Shown: in pieces, positions 40,229 to 50,400 of the stretch | Numbering within the stretch: the first letter of the stretch is position 1 | Layout: every line of letters starts with the position of its first letter | Source of the DNA: Cyanidioschyzon merolae | Lineage: Eukaryota | NCBI GenBank assembly: GCA_000091205.1 | Contig: AP006501.2 | DNA: 64,000 nt | Reading direction: 5' to 3' (one strand) | Made by a program: the position numbers and the translations under genes | The notes under the pieces: generated by a model | The model's database searches: none | Seen by the model: only the letters and a program-made list of their open reading frames with translations | Told to the model about the DNA's origin: nothing

Positions 40229-41983
40229 TTGCCAGATAGTAGTGAGTTTCGGTTCTTTGTTCGATACAGTGCGGTCGACAGGCGCACCTGGGAGATCTGG
40301 CAGTCACGAGGGAACGAAAGCCACGCAGATTACCGCCTCAACGGTACTCGATACAGAGATAACGGGGATATTTATGCCTGCGGGGCGATTGAGTGCGTCA
40401 CGTACCTGAAGAAACATTTGACCATGAACCCCGAACGTTTCATGATACGCTCCATCTTTGCACTCTACCCAGGTCTCGTTCGCAAAGGGATATGGATTAT
40501 CGTCGATGGCATCTTTAACGATAGTAAGAATGAAGAGAAGATCGAATTCGTCGACGAGAAGGCATCAAGCAGGCGAAGGAATGAGGCTTCTGTAATCTGT
40601 GCGGCTGTTCAAGAGCATCGTGAAGTCTTGGGGCTGGCCAATCCAACAGAAGAGATATCAGAGTTGAAAAACGATGAAGAAAGATACCATCCCCTCATCC
40701 TGTGCTATTTCGTGTTTTTGGACGGAGAACTCGAACGCGAGTCCGAAACGGAGCTGGGCGTGCGGAAAAATGAACTGTCGGAGAGACGAAAGGCTCCGCT
40801 TCTGGGGAACCACGTCAGTGTCGTTCCGTTATACAGCATCAACTCGCACGTTGTGTCTATCAGTTCCAGAGTCCTTCATGGCATTATCAGGGAGATCTGT
40901 TCGGAATTCAGCGTAAGCAGGGAGGAGTTCACCGGCGAAAATCGGGAGACGTACTGGAAGAACATCTTCGATTCCAGACGTCAGAAAGTTAGCAAGCAAA
41001 AGGTATTTACTGGGATGATCGAAACCGATGGGGTAGCCATTTGTGTACACCATCGACACTTGAAGGTGGATCGTTCTATTATGTCTTCGGCTTCGCCCGT
41101 GACGACGAATGAAGATGAGAAGGGGGCGGGTCCTGCGACGCAGAAAGTGCATAAAAACGACTTTGTCGTTGGTGCGGCGAAGCATGAAGATGAGAAGGAG
41201 GCGGCTCCTGCGACGCAGAAAGTGCATAAAAACGAGTTTGTCGTTGGCGTGGACCCTGGGACTACGAATATCATAACCATCGCAGAATCCAAGCGTGCAG
41301 AAGATGGTATTTACGGCAACCTACGTCAGAAAGACATGCGTCTGTTGAGGTTCTCGAGAGCGAGATAGTATCGAGAATCGGGAAACATGAATGCGAGGAA
41401 GAAAATTGCTGCATGGAATGCAGGAATGAAGGAGCACCTGGAAGCTATGAGCAAGGTGACGAGCCGCGGAGCGGACTTTGACGCTTTTCGGGAGTTCATG
41501 GAAGTTCGCATTGCGCATTGGGATGCGCTGTGGGAGGAGTATACAAAGCCCCGGTGGGCTCGTTTGCGTATGAACCTGTACTGCGGGAGGCAGCGTGCAT
41601 TTGCGAATTTTTTCAATGCGTTGAGCGCCTTGAAGGAGGACGAAAGTCAGAGGCTCGTAGTAGCGTACGGAGCAGGGCGCTGGAAGACCCAAAAAGGGAC
41701 TAGGCCAGCTCCAACGACAAGAACGTACAAGGAATGTGCACGGCGTTTTGCTACGATACCGATCGATGAGTTCCGAACATGGTATACACACCATGAACTG
41801 GGGCGTACAATTCAGAGGGTCAAGATGGAAACGTGTCAGCGGAGCCCTGAGGATATAGCAAAGTACGGACCGCTGACGGAGGAGCAAATGGAAAGGCGAG
41901 CGAAAGTGCGAGGGCTACTTACATCAGTAAGTACAACCAACGACGGCAAGAAACGTATGGAGTTTGGGAATCGTGAATTTTAA
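40229..41983 (+). pseudogene. 585-codon reading frame in a lower-GC island, split by a single in-frame TAG at 41366-41368 (ORFs 40229..41368 and 41387..41983 are in the same frame). The product has a tandemly duplicated 23-aa segment followed by [15 protein letters not shown], a candidate RuvC/RNase-H-fold nuclease first strand of the TnpB/Fanzor, IS110 or RuvC kind. It is either a pseudogene or a readthrough gene; the family is unverified
   Basis: The ORF is about 48-50% GC against 60-65% in the flanks, and its amino-acid usage is K/E/N/I-rich. The segment [52 protein letters not shown] fits G-[IV]-D-x-G-x-x-N (RuvC GIDPG; TnpB GIDLG; Cas12a GIDRGERN). Downstream, QRLVVAYGAGRW is beta-4-like but has no Glu. 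No CxxC..CxxC ribbon and no D-x-NAA motif was found. Confidence 0.4.
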
Positions 41984-42292
41984 CTCCGCTATCAATATAA
42001 AGAGATGTGCGGTGATGGAAACAAGACCTCCGGCGTTGACACGAAGGAGTTTTGTGGGACAACCTCTCAAAGTGGAACTATATGAGAAAAAATTGAAGCC
42101 AATTGTAGGTAGCCAATCCAAAAAAGCGGGGAGGCGTCTGCACCTCAGTTGGAGACGTTTTATCTGAAGCGCGTTTGCCGCCACTACCGCATACCGCTGC
42201 GGCCAGTGTTTTTCTTTTGAGAGACGTTTGTTTTCAGGGGTGCTGTCCCTAGCATTCCGTTTCGGGAGCCGTTCGTAAGATAGGTACGTTCT

Positions 42293-43306
42293 ATGGACGA
42301 GGAGGTTGGTTCTGCTCGCGATGGCGACGTTACGGCACTGCTCCGTGAGAGCTATGCGCTCCTACATCAGGCGACGCTCGTGACCGCGGACGAGCGGCGG
42401 AAGTGCGCAGAGGCATTCACAGAGTGGGCATTGTCAACACATCGGTCAACGCCCGCAGGCACTGGGACACCAGCCTCAGGGGGTCACAGCCGTCTGGAAC
42501 CAACCCGCTCAGTCGAGGGGTTAGTTCCCGTGCTCAGGCGTCAAAATTCTTTACCGAGAAACGTAGGACTTGGGCGCGGCGTACGCCCACAGCAGAGCAG
42601 CAGACGTGTCCGGCTCCGAGGTCGTGGCAACGGTGACGGCTCGCCGCTTCAGGAACGCTCGGCACACGGGGCGCAACCGCCGCGAGCCTTGGAGCAAGCT
42701 TCAGAGTCTGATAGCTTCATCAGCGACACTGGGGCCCAGAGCGACCATGACACTTCCAGCTACGAGAGCGACTCGAGCGCGGTTTCCGCGGGCGTGCGCA
42801 TACCTAGAAGGAACGACCCCGGTTTCACTGCAACGCGCCCCTGCAGGGCGGAGACAGTGCACCAGCGACGTCTCCCGCACGCACCAGCATTGCGTACTAC
42901 GAGCGCTGTCGCAGCACAGCGTGGGTACAGCACACCTGACCAGCGGCAAGTGCCGTCGGATCGAGGACGAGCCTACAACGCCGCCCGCGAACTGCGTCCA
43001 GCAACGTTGCTTGAGGATTTCGCAGCCGCAGGTGACTCTCTGGGGACGACGCAAGCGGAGAATGCTCGCGCAGCAGCCGCAGCAGTGCAAGCGCCGGCAG
43101 CACTGGCGGCAAATCCCTCCATAGAATGTCTCGCACGAAGGCGCCAGTTGCCTGGACTTGACGTCGGATCAAGCGCGCTGGATGAGTCTGCGCCGCCAGC
43201 AACCAGAACAGTTTCTCTCGGTGCTGACTGGCTCCTGGCGAGTTTTACGGGCGCTAGCTCCAGCTCGTATGTGGACAAGAGCCCAAGTCGTCACTTGCCG
43301 CGATAG
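42293..43306 (+). CDS. Hypothetical Ser/Ala/Arg-rich, likely disordered protein, 337 aa
   Basis: The ORF opens with a protein-like N-terminus (MDEEVGSARDGDVTALLRESYALLHQATLVTADERRKCAEAFTEWAL). The remainder is low complexity and no domain was recognised. Confidence 0.3.
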   Translation: MDEEVGSARDGDVTALLRESYALLHQATLVTADERRKCAEAFTEWALSTHRSTPAGTGTPASGGHSRLEPTRSVEGLVPVLRRQNSLPRNVGLGRGVRPQQSSRRVRLRGRGNGDGSPLQERSAHGAQPPRALEQASESDSFISDTGAQSDHDTSSYESDSSAVSAGVRIPRRNDPGFTATRPCRAETVHQRRLPHAPALRTTSAVAAQRGYSTPDQRQVPSDRGRAYNAARELRPATLLEDFAAAGDSLGTTQAENARAAAAAVQAPAALAANPSIECLARRRQLPGLDVGSSALDESAPPATRTVSLGADWLLASFTGASSSSYVDKSPSRHLPR

Positions 43307-43961
43307 AGGTGCGCACGCCTGAGCATCGCACCGGTGCAACCTAGGCCTGGTCCGAGAACACGAGCTTACCTCTGCGTCGGAGTTGAGCGCTTGCCCACAT
43401 ACGACTGCGGTGCTCTACATGGGCATAATATGCCGCAGACAGGGACCAAAATCGTTCCAAACATCAATGTAGCTTGTTCGGTTGCTGTGGTGCCGCGCGA
43501 CAAGGCGACGTCGCTATCCGGCTCCTTCGAGGCCCTGGCAGTCTGGGCGTTTACGCAGACGCAGCATTTTCTTCGATGGATGGGAACAGATGTGAAACGC
43601 CTTTGCGATCGCGGTGTGGACTCTCGTCGAGCGCCTGTGTGATGTCGAAATCGTGCATGCTGGAGCGCATGCATTGGCTCGTGCTGCTGAACGCATAGGA
43701 GCGCCTTTGGCGTAAAACACTTTGGAAAAGGAGTCGATGACGCTTTCTTTTCTTCGAATCAGTCGTCTAGATGAGCGTGGCGGCATCGGCTGCGACCTGC
43801 AACCGGTTCAGGCTCGTGGTCGCTGCAGTGCGACCGGCTGGAATGCCAGACACCCTTCGAGCGTGCTCAGCGCTGAACTTTTCAGCGCCGGTGCTGCCAA
43901 CATCGCGTGTACCTCTGTCAGAAACGACAAATACCAACGCGCCCAAACATCTGCAAAGCTC

Positions 43962-44852
43962 CTATCCTGAGGCGGGACTATTACAGAGGAGTTGCTCAAT
44001 GAGGTCCGGAGAGGGCGGCTCCAGCGGTGGTAGCTGCAAGTGCGCTGCGCGCAGGCTGATCCAATGGCAACAGGTTTCGTGTCCGACAGCGTCGCTACAG
44101 TCGCGCAGGCAAACCAGGTGCTGGTCCCGACACACGTCGTACTCGCGAACGTAGACCGCCTGCCAAACCCGCAGCCGTGCCAGCCAGAGATGCAGATGCT
44201 GTCCAGTGAGCGACTGGCGCTCCAGCGGACGTACCACCTCCGGGCCCGATGCGGCCTGCCTCGAACCTGGAGGAGTAGCGACGACCGCTGATCCGTTCGA
44301 GGGCGCCAGGGGCACCGGCGCGCACCCTGCGGCGCGTCCACCAGGCGCGCAGTGCGCTGCTGCTGATGAAGCGTCCGCGTTCGACATGCGTACGCGGTTC
44401 TTGCGGCAGAAAACGCGTTTGGGTCGGCAGTGCCCCAGGGCATGCTCGGCGTGGAGCAACTCGTCACGGGATACGTGCCCCCATTTTACGAGCGCGCTAG
44501 CCCGATGGCTGCATGAGCGCGAGCAGTACCGGCCCGCGCCGAACGTGCCTGCATGCATCGTTCCGCAGACAACACATGCACGGCTACCTGGCCCAAGACG
44601 CGGAAGCCTGCGTCCACGCGCTGCTGCTGGGGCGCGTGCTGTACGCTTCCGCTGCTTTTCGCGATGTTTCCGCGGCTGCTTGCGCCGGTTCTCCATGGGT
44701 GCTGGTGCAGAGCTCTGCTGAGAGTGCGTCGGAGAGGCCCCGGCGACGAACCAGATGTCGCGTTCAACAGCATCGCACAAGCTTTCATCCTGATAAGCAT
44801 CCAACCATTGTTCCACTGGAGTCTGATCTGTAATGGGCGTTGCACGTGACAT
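43962..44852 (-). CDS. Hypothetical protein with a small zinc-finger-like cluster (zf-HIT/FCS-like spacing), 296 aa
   Basis: CVVCGTMHAGTFGAGRYCSRSCSHR has the spacing C-x2-C-x10-Y-C-S-x2-C-x-H. The N-terminus is protein-like (MSRATPITDQTPVEQWLDAYQDESLCDAVERDIWFV). Confidence 0.35.
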   Translation of the reverse strand: MSRATPITDQTPVEQWLDAYQDESLCDAVERDIWFVAGASPTHSQQSSAPAPMENRRKQPRKHREKQRKRTARAPAAARGRRLPRLGPGSRACVVCGTMHAGTFGAGRYCSRSCSHRASALVKWGHVSRDELLHAEHALGHCRPKRVFCRKNRVRMSNADASSAAAHCAPGGRAAGCAPVPLAPSNGSAVVATPPGSRQAASGPEVVRPLERQSLTGQHLHLWLARLRVWQAVYVREYDVCRDQHLVCLRDCSDAVGHETCCHWISLRAAHLQLPPLEPPSPDLIEQLLCNSPASG

Positions 44853-45636
44853 ATGTGAATCCTATAGAAGACAAAACACAGGAAGAGATACGCGCGCGCG
44901 CTCGGAACCTGCATGTCGTCCGCAGGGGTGCACGCATGTTGTGCGCGTCACGGATCGTGCTGTGATGGCGCCATCTGCGTGTAGATTGCGAACGTGACAT
45001 ACGGATGATACGCTTTCAGCTCAATTGTATTCCGCATACGTGTGTGTGTGTGTCATGAAATGCTTTTTCATTGTGTACGGCAGATGCCATGAAACTGGGA
45101 TCATTTGGTGAAATAAAGTCTTAGGGAGGGGTACGGACATCAAAGTCGGGGATCCTGGAGAACCCGGCGTTGCCGGCTGCCAGAAAAACAAGGGAAGAAT
45201 CGTCATTTTGTCGAGTATCGAGCGAAGAAGAGCAAGTGAAGGAAAAGACGCAGAGGGGAAATATGCGAGAAAAAGTGTTTGCCCGACATGACGGTGACGA
45301 GACTCCAAAGGTACAGAGAGCGCGAATTCTAGCAATCCTTGCACTGGTTTGTTGAAATAGAAGCATGAAACGCAAGAAGTTGGTGAAGCTAGACGTCAAC
45401 GCCACAATCAATACAAGACAGTGTGCTTTGCTGAAGACGAGATCCGCGGAGCTGAGGCGGTCCAGCTTCGTGGGACATCCTCTGATACTCGAAGCGGGCC
45501 TGGAGAGAAAGTGAAGCGGATACCACGCGGCAATTCAAAAGAGGCTGAGAGGCGTCTGCGCCTCGGTATTCATTTATCCTCCATGTTCGTGATCTATTCT
45601 TTGTTTCATTGACATGTCTATAGGATAGAACACGCA

Positions 45637-46975
45637 GACGTTCGCTGTATTTCTCCCCGTCAATATATCCGGAACTTTTCTTAGGTATTCCGCCCTGACA
45701 TTCAAAATATAGCAGCGAAGGCTCACGGGTGCATACGTAGCTTTTAGGGCTTCTAGCTCGGTCGTCATTTCGGAGCGGTACCTTCGACGCTTTGCCGATG
45801 ATCCTGATGACGTCCCGCGAACCAAGATGCTTCGCGACACTACGCAACAACGGATCCTAAAATAACCGATATCATGATGCGGTGCATACGTAGAGGCCTT
45901 CACTCGTCTCTTGTCCCTAGGCCGAGCGTCCTCAAATCACGCCTGCTGCACGTGTTCGATCTTTCCGGTTCAAGGCTACTCGACAGCGAAGCGATTCGCG
46001 ACGCTGGAACGACGATGAAACAACAGAAAACCCGATACCACCCTATGACAGTGCGTAGAGAAGCTCATGCCGAAAGTGCACGCAACGCGTCTCCTCAAGT
46101 AATCGATTTGCTTCGATAGAGGCATGTTCCGCTCTTTCTGGTTGACGTCGAAGGCGCGTTCCGCAGTCGCATCGTACCTGTCACAGGATTTGCGCCCAGA
46201 GGATGCCGTCTCTTCTGTATGTATGGGAATGAGGCTTGGAGTCGGACTCGAGTCACCACACAGAGATCACCTCCGGAATACATCCGTTCATTTACCGCTT
46301 CGCACCGGCGGAGCGTCGATGGATTGCGCACGCGCGACTTGTTCTCGAGCCCGAGTCTTCCTTCCGGAACCTATTTTATCATGGCCATGATCGCGTTCTA
46401 CAAACGCGCTTTCGAATGGAATAGCGTTCGCTTGCGTGTGCAACAGAGAAGAACCGCTCGCCGTGGGATTCCGCTGAAGATGCCCGTCATCGTTGCGTGC
46501 GTCACCGGATATGGAACCCGAGCACGACATGGAGTCGCGCGCTACGTACCCACCATGTGCACGTAACGAGCAGTGAAGCGAGCGCTCTTGTGCAACAGAG
46601 CGGCCCTTGGTGAAGCATGTGCGTCGGACACAGGAGCGCACTTGATCGCAGGCAAGGATCATGGCCGCAAAGGGTGCATCGACTCGATCGACAGAGAAGA
46701 TGAATTTGGCAGGCGACGTGTGCATGGCAACTTTCACCTGTGCATGAAATGCGTGAATAGCAGCCCATAGCTGCGAAAATGGGAATTTCATGTGGGCATC
46801 ACCATGCTTCGCCTGTTGACAATAGAGTTGAGGTAGCGGCAGCACTCGGCATGAGGAAAGATGGAGCACAGAGCGCGCAAAACGCACAAGCTGCAGAGAT
46901 AGCCGGCGGAAGCAGGTATCGATCATACTGAAAAGGTACCCAGACTTGACCGTCTGCTCTCGAGCGACTTCCCTG
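45637..46975 (-). repeat. IR-R, the right arm of the 1.34-kb inverted repeat; it is the reverse complement of 29810-31150
   Basis: See IR-L. The SGF29 gene start (47088) lies about 110 bp outside its outer edge. Confidence 0.8.
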
Positions 46976-47087
46976 GATCCTTGCTTTCGTGGACTGGCAT
47001 AGGTGTGTGAAAATCGTGTCATTGCTTTGCGAGCCCGCTGGGTGCGCGCAATAGAAGTCGCACCCGCACTTGCTGCAGCGCTGAAGT

Positions 47088-48905
47088 TTGCAGCACAGTC
47101 GAGCTTGCAGGACGGAAACTAGACCAGAGTTGCCTCCAAGTGAGTCGCGCCCTACTGGCCGGGCTGCAACTGCTTGTCCGCCGTTCACAGCTCGCAGGTT
47201 CGCTGCGGCTATGAACGCAGAGGACGGACCCAGAAGAGCGCCGTTGCCCGGGACTCCAGGTGGCGTCGCTCGAGAGCCCAGCGGGTCAGCTGCACTGTCG
47301 TTCCAACTGGCGTCGCTGCCGATGGGGTCACGAGGCGCCGGAGTAGCTCCTCCGCAGCCGCCACCACAGCAGCCCTGGGCCGTGCCCAAGCATCAGGAGA
47401 GCTTTGTGCCGTCTGGGGAGTACGTGTCGGCGGGGGTACCGTTTTGGGCGGCGATACCGCCGGAGCCCCCAATGGCGGGCTCCCTCACCTGGTGGGCTCC
47501 GGACGCATCAACCGCCACAGCGCCTCCCTTCGCGTTAAGAACTGGAGCCTACGCGAACTTGCAGGGCTATCCGGTGCCGTCAGTTGCCGTCGAACCGGCG
47601 GGGTGGTACTGGCCACCGCCACCGCCCCCGCCACCGCCACCGCCACCGCCTCTGTCTGAGGCTGGCTTTCCGGGCGGAGCGCCAGACTGGGAAGAAGAAG
47701 AACGCCGAGTCGTCGCGTTTGCTTTGCTCGGTCTGCGTGACGGCGCAGCAGTGAGCACGGAGCTAGCATGGACGGCTGCTGCACTTTTGCCTCGCAGCGC
47801 CTACTCGTCGACCAGGATGCAGCACCGCCAGAGTCGCCGGCGCCTTCGCGAAGCGCAGCGCCTTTATCGCGGCGATGCCCCGCTTTTTGGTGTACCTTAT
47901 GGCCTACCTGGTGTCTTCTGGCATGCATCAGCTCCAGACGCGTCCGACACGGCTGCGGATGACCACGGCATCGACGACGCGGATGGCAACGCAGCAGCTA
48001 CGGAAACACGCAAATGCCCCGCACCCGCCGAAACTGCACAGCTCAAAATACTCTGGCGGGAGGAGGCCAATCGACGAACGATGCCAGGCCGTGGCTTTCT
48101 CACGGTATTTCGGATCCTCGGCGGACAGGGAGAGTTTCTGCGGCTCTTTGAAGATATCCCCGATTGGGCCGTAACCGACGAGGCGCCTGGATCACGAGAT
48201 GTGAGCGAACCTCCCGAACCCGACGAACGCGATACGTACCCGGTACCCGAGGCGGGTGTGCCGCCACCGCCAGTGCCCAAGTCTGGCGCTGGCGGGCGGC
48301 GTCGGGTGCCAAACCCGGCACCCTCGGGAACAGCGCCAGCGGCCGTCCGCGGCCGTGGCGGCAACCTAGAGCGACTCCTGGGGCCTGGCACCGATGTTGC
48401 TTTCCGAGTCAAAGACGAAGAAGGCGAGTGGAACTGGATCCTAGGCACTGTTTGCAGTTATCTGCCAGAGGAACGGAAGTACCGCATTGCGGACCGAGGC
48501 GAAGAGATGGTCGAGGCATTCGAGCAGCGCGGTGAGGAGCTGAGCCAGCCAAAGCACCGCCTGGACAGCGGCAAGTATCGGCTTTATCAGGTTGCCCGTT
48601 CTCGCGTTCGTCCGCTACCATCTGCGGCAGCCGCCAATCTCCGCCTTCGCCCATCGATGAAAGTGCTGGCCCTGTATCCAGGGACAAGTGCGCTCTATCC
48701 AGCAACGGTCGTGGAGTCAGCAGAAACGGTTATGCAGGAAACAGATGCTCCCCACGGCATGGCATACAAGCTTATTTTCGAAAATGAGGACGAAGAAGAG
48801 GGATCTGAGAGCGAGCATTCTGGCGAAGAGCTGGGATCTAGGGATCTCATGGAGGCTGTTCCCTACAAGTACGTGCATGCGCGTTTTGTTCTACCACTGC
48901 TTTGA
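47088..48905 (+). CDS. SGF29: SAGA-associated factor 29 (SGF29)-like protein with a C-terminal tandem Tudor domain, 605 aa. The N-terminus is Pro-rich and its start is uncertain
   Basis: The first Tudor is DVAFRVKDEEGEWNWILGTVCSYLPEERKYRIADRGEE. The second is MKVLALYPGTSALYPATVVE...YKLIFENEDEEE...VPYKYV, matching the SGF29 pattern VLALYP.TT.FY.A.V. Confidence 0.65.
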   Translation: MQHSRACRTETRPELPPSESRPTGRAATACPPFTARRFAAAMNAEDGPRRAPLPGTPGGVAREPSGSAALSFQLASLPMGSRGAGVAPPQPPPQQPWAVPKHQESFVPSGEYVSAGVPFWAAIPPEPPMAGSLTWWAPDASTATAPPFALRTGAYANLQGYPVPSVAVEPAGWYWPPPPPPPPPPPPPLSEAGFPGGAPDWEEEERRVVAFALLGLRDGAAVSTELAWTAAALLPRSAYSSTRMQHRQSRRRLREAQRLYRGDAPLFGVPYGLPGVFWHASAPDASDTAADDHGIDDADGNAAATETRKCPAPAETAQLKILWREEANRRTMPGRGFLTVFRILGGQGEFLRLFEDIPDWAVTDEAPGSRDVSEPPEPDERDTYPVPEAGVPPPPVPKSGAGGRRRVPNPAPSGTAPAAVRGRGGNLERLLGPGTDVAFRVKDEEGEWNWILGTVCSYLPEERKYRIADRGEEMVEAFEQRGEELSQPKHRLDSGKYRLYQVARSRVRPLPSAAAANLRLRPSMKVLALYPGTSALYPATVVESAETVMQETDAPHGMAYKLIFENEDEEEGSESEHSGEELGSRDLMEAVPYKYVHARFVLPLL

Positions 48906-49494
48906 TCTGCCTTGCTTTTCCCGCTCATGGACTGGGCATCTAAACGCCGTACGAGCCTGCCAGATTTTGTTGTTGTTGTTTTTGGTTCTGGGTACGGGCT
49001 CCACCGCTGTATACAAGACAAACTCGATCACGTGCATCAGGGGCATGCATGCAGTGCCCCGAACTGCGTCCATTCCCTAATCGGGTAAAATTACTATTTT
49101 TGGCGAGAGAACGTTTTCAGTAGAAGCGAAGATGATTTCCGACCGAGGAAGCACGCGGAACTGCGACGCTTTCCGCCGGACTACTGAGCGGCGCGCAAAG
49201 CAGCTGGCGACGCCCGCTTGGCGCCTTTGGGACGCACGAAGCAATGCGTGTAGACGCGAGTGCATGCACGGATGTATGTACGAACGAATCTATGCATATC
49301 TGCTCTTTTCGGACAGACAAATGCATGGATGCATGATCAATGCTTCTCTGCACGGATCTATGTACGAACGAATTTATATGTTTTTCGTCTTTCGGGACAT
49401 CGGAATACAATTACGTTCGAATATACGCACGAACGCATGCATTTCTGTATGTATCTATGCACGAATGTATCTATGCCGCGGACGCCATCAACGG

Positions 49495-50400
49495 TCACGC
49501 TCCGGTGTCGATATCCAGCCAGTCGCCGTACTTGTCACGCATAGCCGTCCAGGCGGCAATAGCCGATGCTCGAAGGCGCTGTCTATCCACGTCGACTGCA
49601 ACCGAGGATGCATCGGGACCGTCCACAATCATATTGAGGATGATGTTATCATCGGCATCTAGCCACCGGATGCTGAAAACTGTGGCGTCTTCGGCACCTC
49701 CATTGGGGTCAGCGGTCTCGCCAGCGCCGCGGGCGTGATGTGCGCGCTCCGTCGTTCCTCTGGGTCGTGTTTCTCGAACAAACTGCACCGACTTAACCCG
49801 AGAACTGTCTAGGTGTAGCTCGAAGTTTCGGTCTGGAGTGAGCACGCTCACCACTTGACTTGTCGTGGGATCGCCGCCAGCGTCTCGGTTGATAACCGTT
49901 TCGAACGTACGCACGTGGGCGCCCTCCGCCAAGAGTGGAAATGTGGTCTCCAGGACAGCTGCCCCGGTTTTGCCTGTTGCTGATACGATACGCACCTGGT
50001 CGAAAGAGAGCACTATCTCGGTGACGAGGTCTGTGATGGCCACTCGTTGACGGCGCGTCCCGACCTGAGCGACAACGTTGCAATATCGTGTGTTGGGTGT
50101 ACGCGCACGCCGCCTACAACGAGCAGCTCTGAACCCTGTATTCGTGCTGTATAGTGTTTGAGGAGCAAACGAAACGAACAGCATCAGGTTCGACGAACCC
50201 GGTCTGAGCACGGAGCCCCAAGCCTCGCAGCAAGCGTGTCGACACCTGCGAGATACGCGGAAGCATTCTGACGAACGCAATCGAAGCGTCGCCCTGTCGG
50301 TCCATCGAGGCGCCGTGGAGCGCGACGTTCGTGTACGGGGCGCGCCTGCGATCCCGCCGTCTGGGCGTTCTCGTGTCGAGACGGGATGCACGCGATGCAT
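49495..50400 (-). CDS. Hypothetical protein; possibly only the C-terminal ~200 aa are real. It has a PH/GRAM-like beta-rich region
   Basis: The C-terminal half is protein-like (RVAITDLVTEIVLSFDQVRIVSATGKTGAAVLETTF...FSIRWLDADDNIILNMIVDGPDA...WTAMRDKYGDWLDIDTGA). The N-terminal third is Arg-rich and probably spurious. Confidence 0.35.
   Translation of the reverse strand: MHRVHPVSTRERPDGGIAGAPRTRTSRSTAPRWTDRATLRLRSSECFRVSRRCRHACCEAWGSVLRPGSSNLMLFVSFAPQTLYSTNTGFRAARCRRRARTPNTRYCNVVAQVGTRRQRVAITDLVTEIVLSFDQVRIVSATGKTGAAVLETTFPLLAEGAHVRTFETVINRDAGGDPTTSQVVSVLTPDRNFELHLDSSRVKSVQFVRETRPRGTTERAHHARGAGETADPNGGAEDATVFSIRWLDADDNIILNMIVDGPDASSVAVDVDRQRLRASAIAAWTAMRDKYGDWLDIDTGA

Larger units (their letters stand above)
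39612..42270 (+). mobile_element. Candidate mobile or horizontally acquired island: the X4 repeat, then the RuvC-like ORF, then an AT-rich 3' flank. The boundaries are only approximate
   Basis: There is a compositional anomaly against both flanks. A repeat-family copy sits at the 5' side, and the other copies (X1, X2, X3) lack the ORF, which is the pattern of non-autonomous derivatives. GC-rich host sequence resumes at about 42290. Confidence 0.3.

Noticed and set aside
42128-45566. A similar 16-18-bp hairpin-containing motif, gaggcgtctgc[ag]cctc[ag]g, at 42128 (3' of the island) and at 45548 (next to the IR-R inner edge), considered as possible paired element ends
   Set aside because: With two mismatches allowed, matches of this length are expected many times by chance in a 64-kb GC-rich window, and there is no flanking homology.
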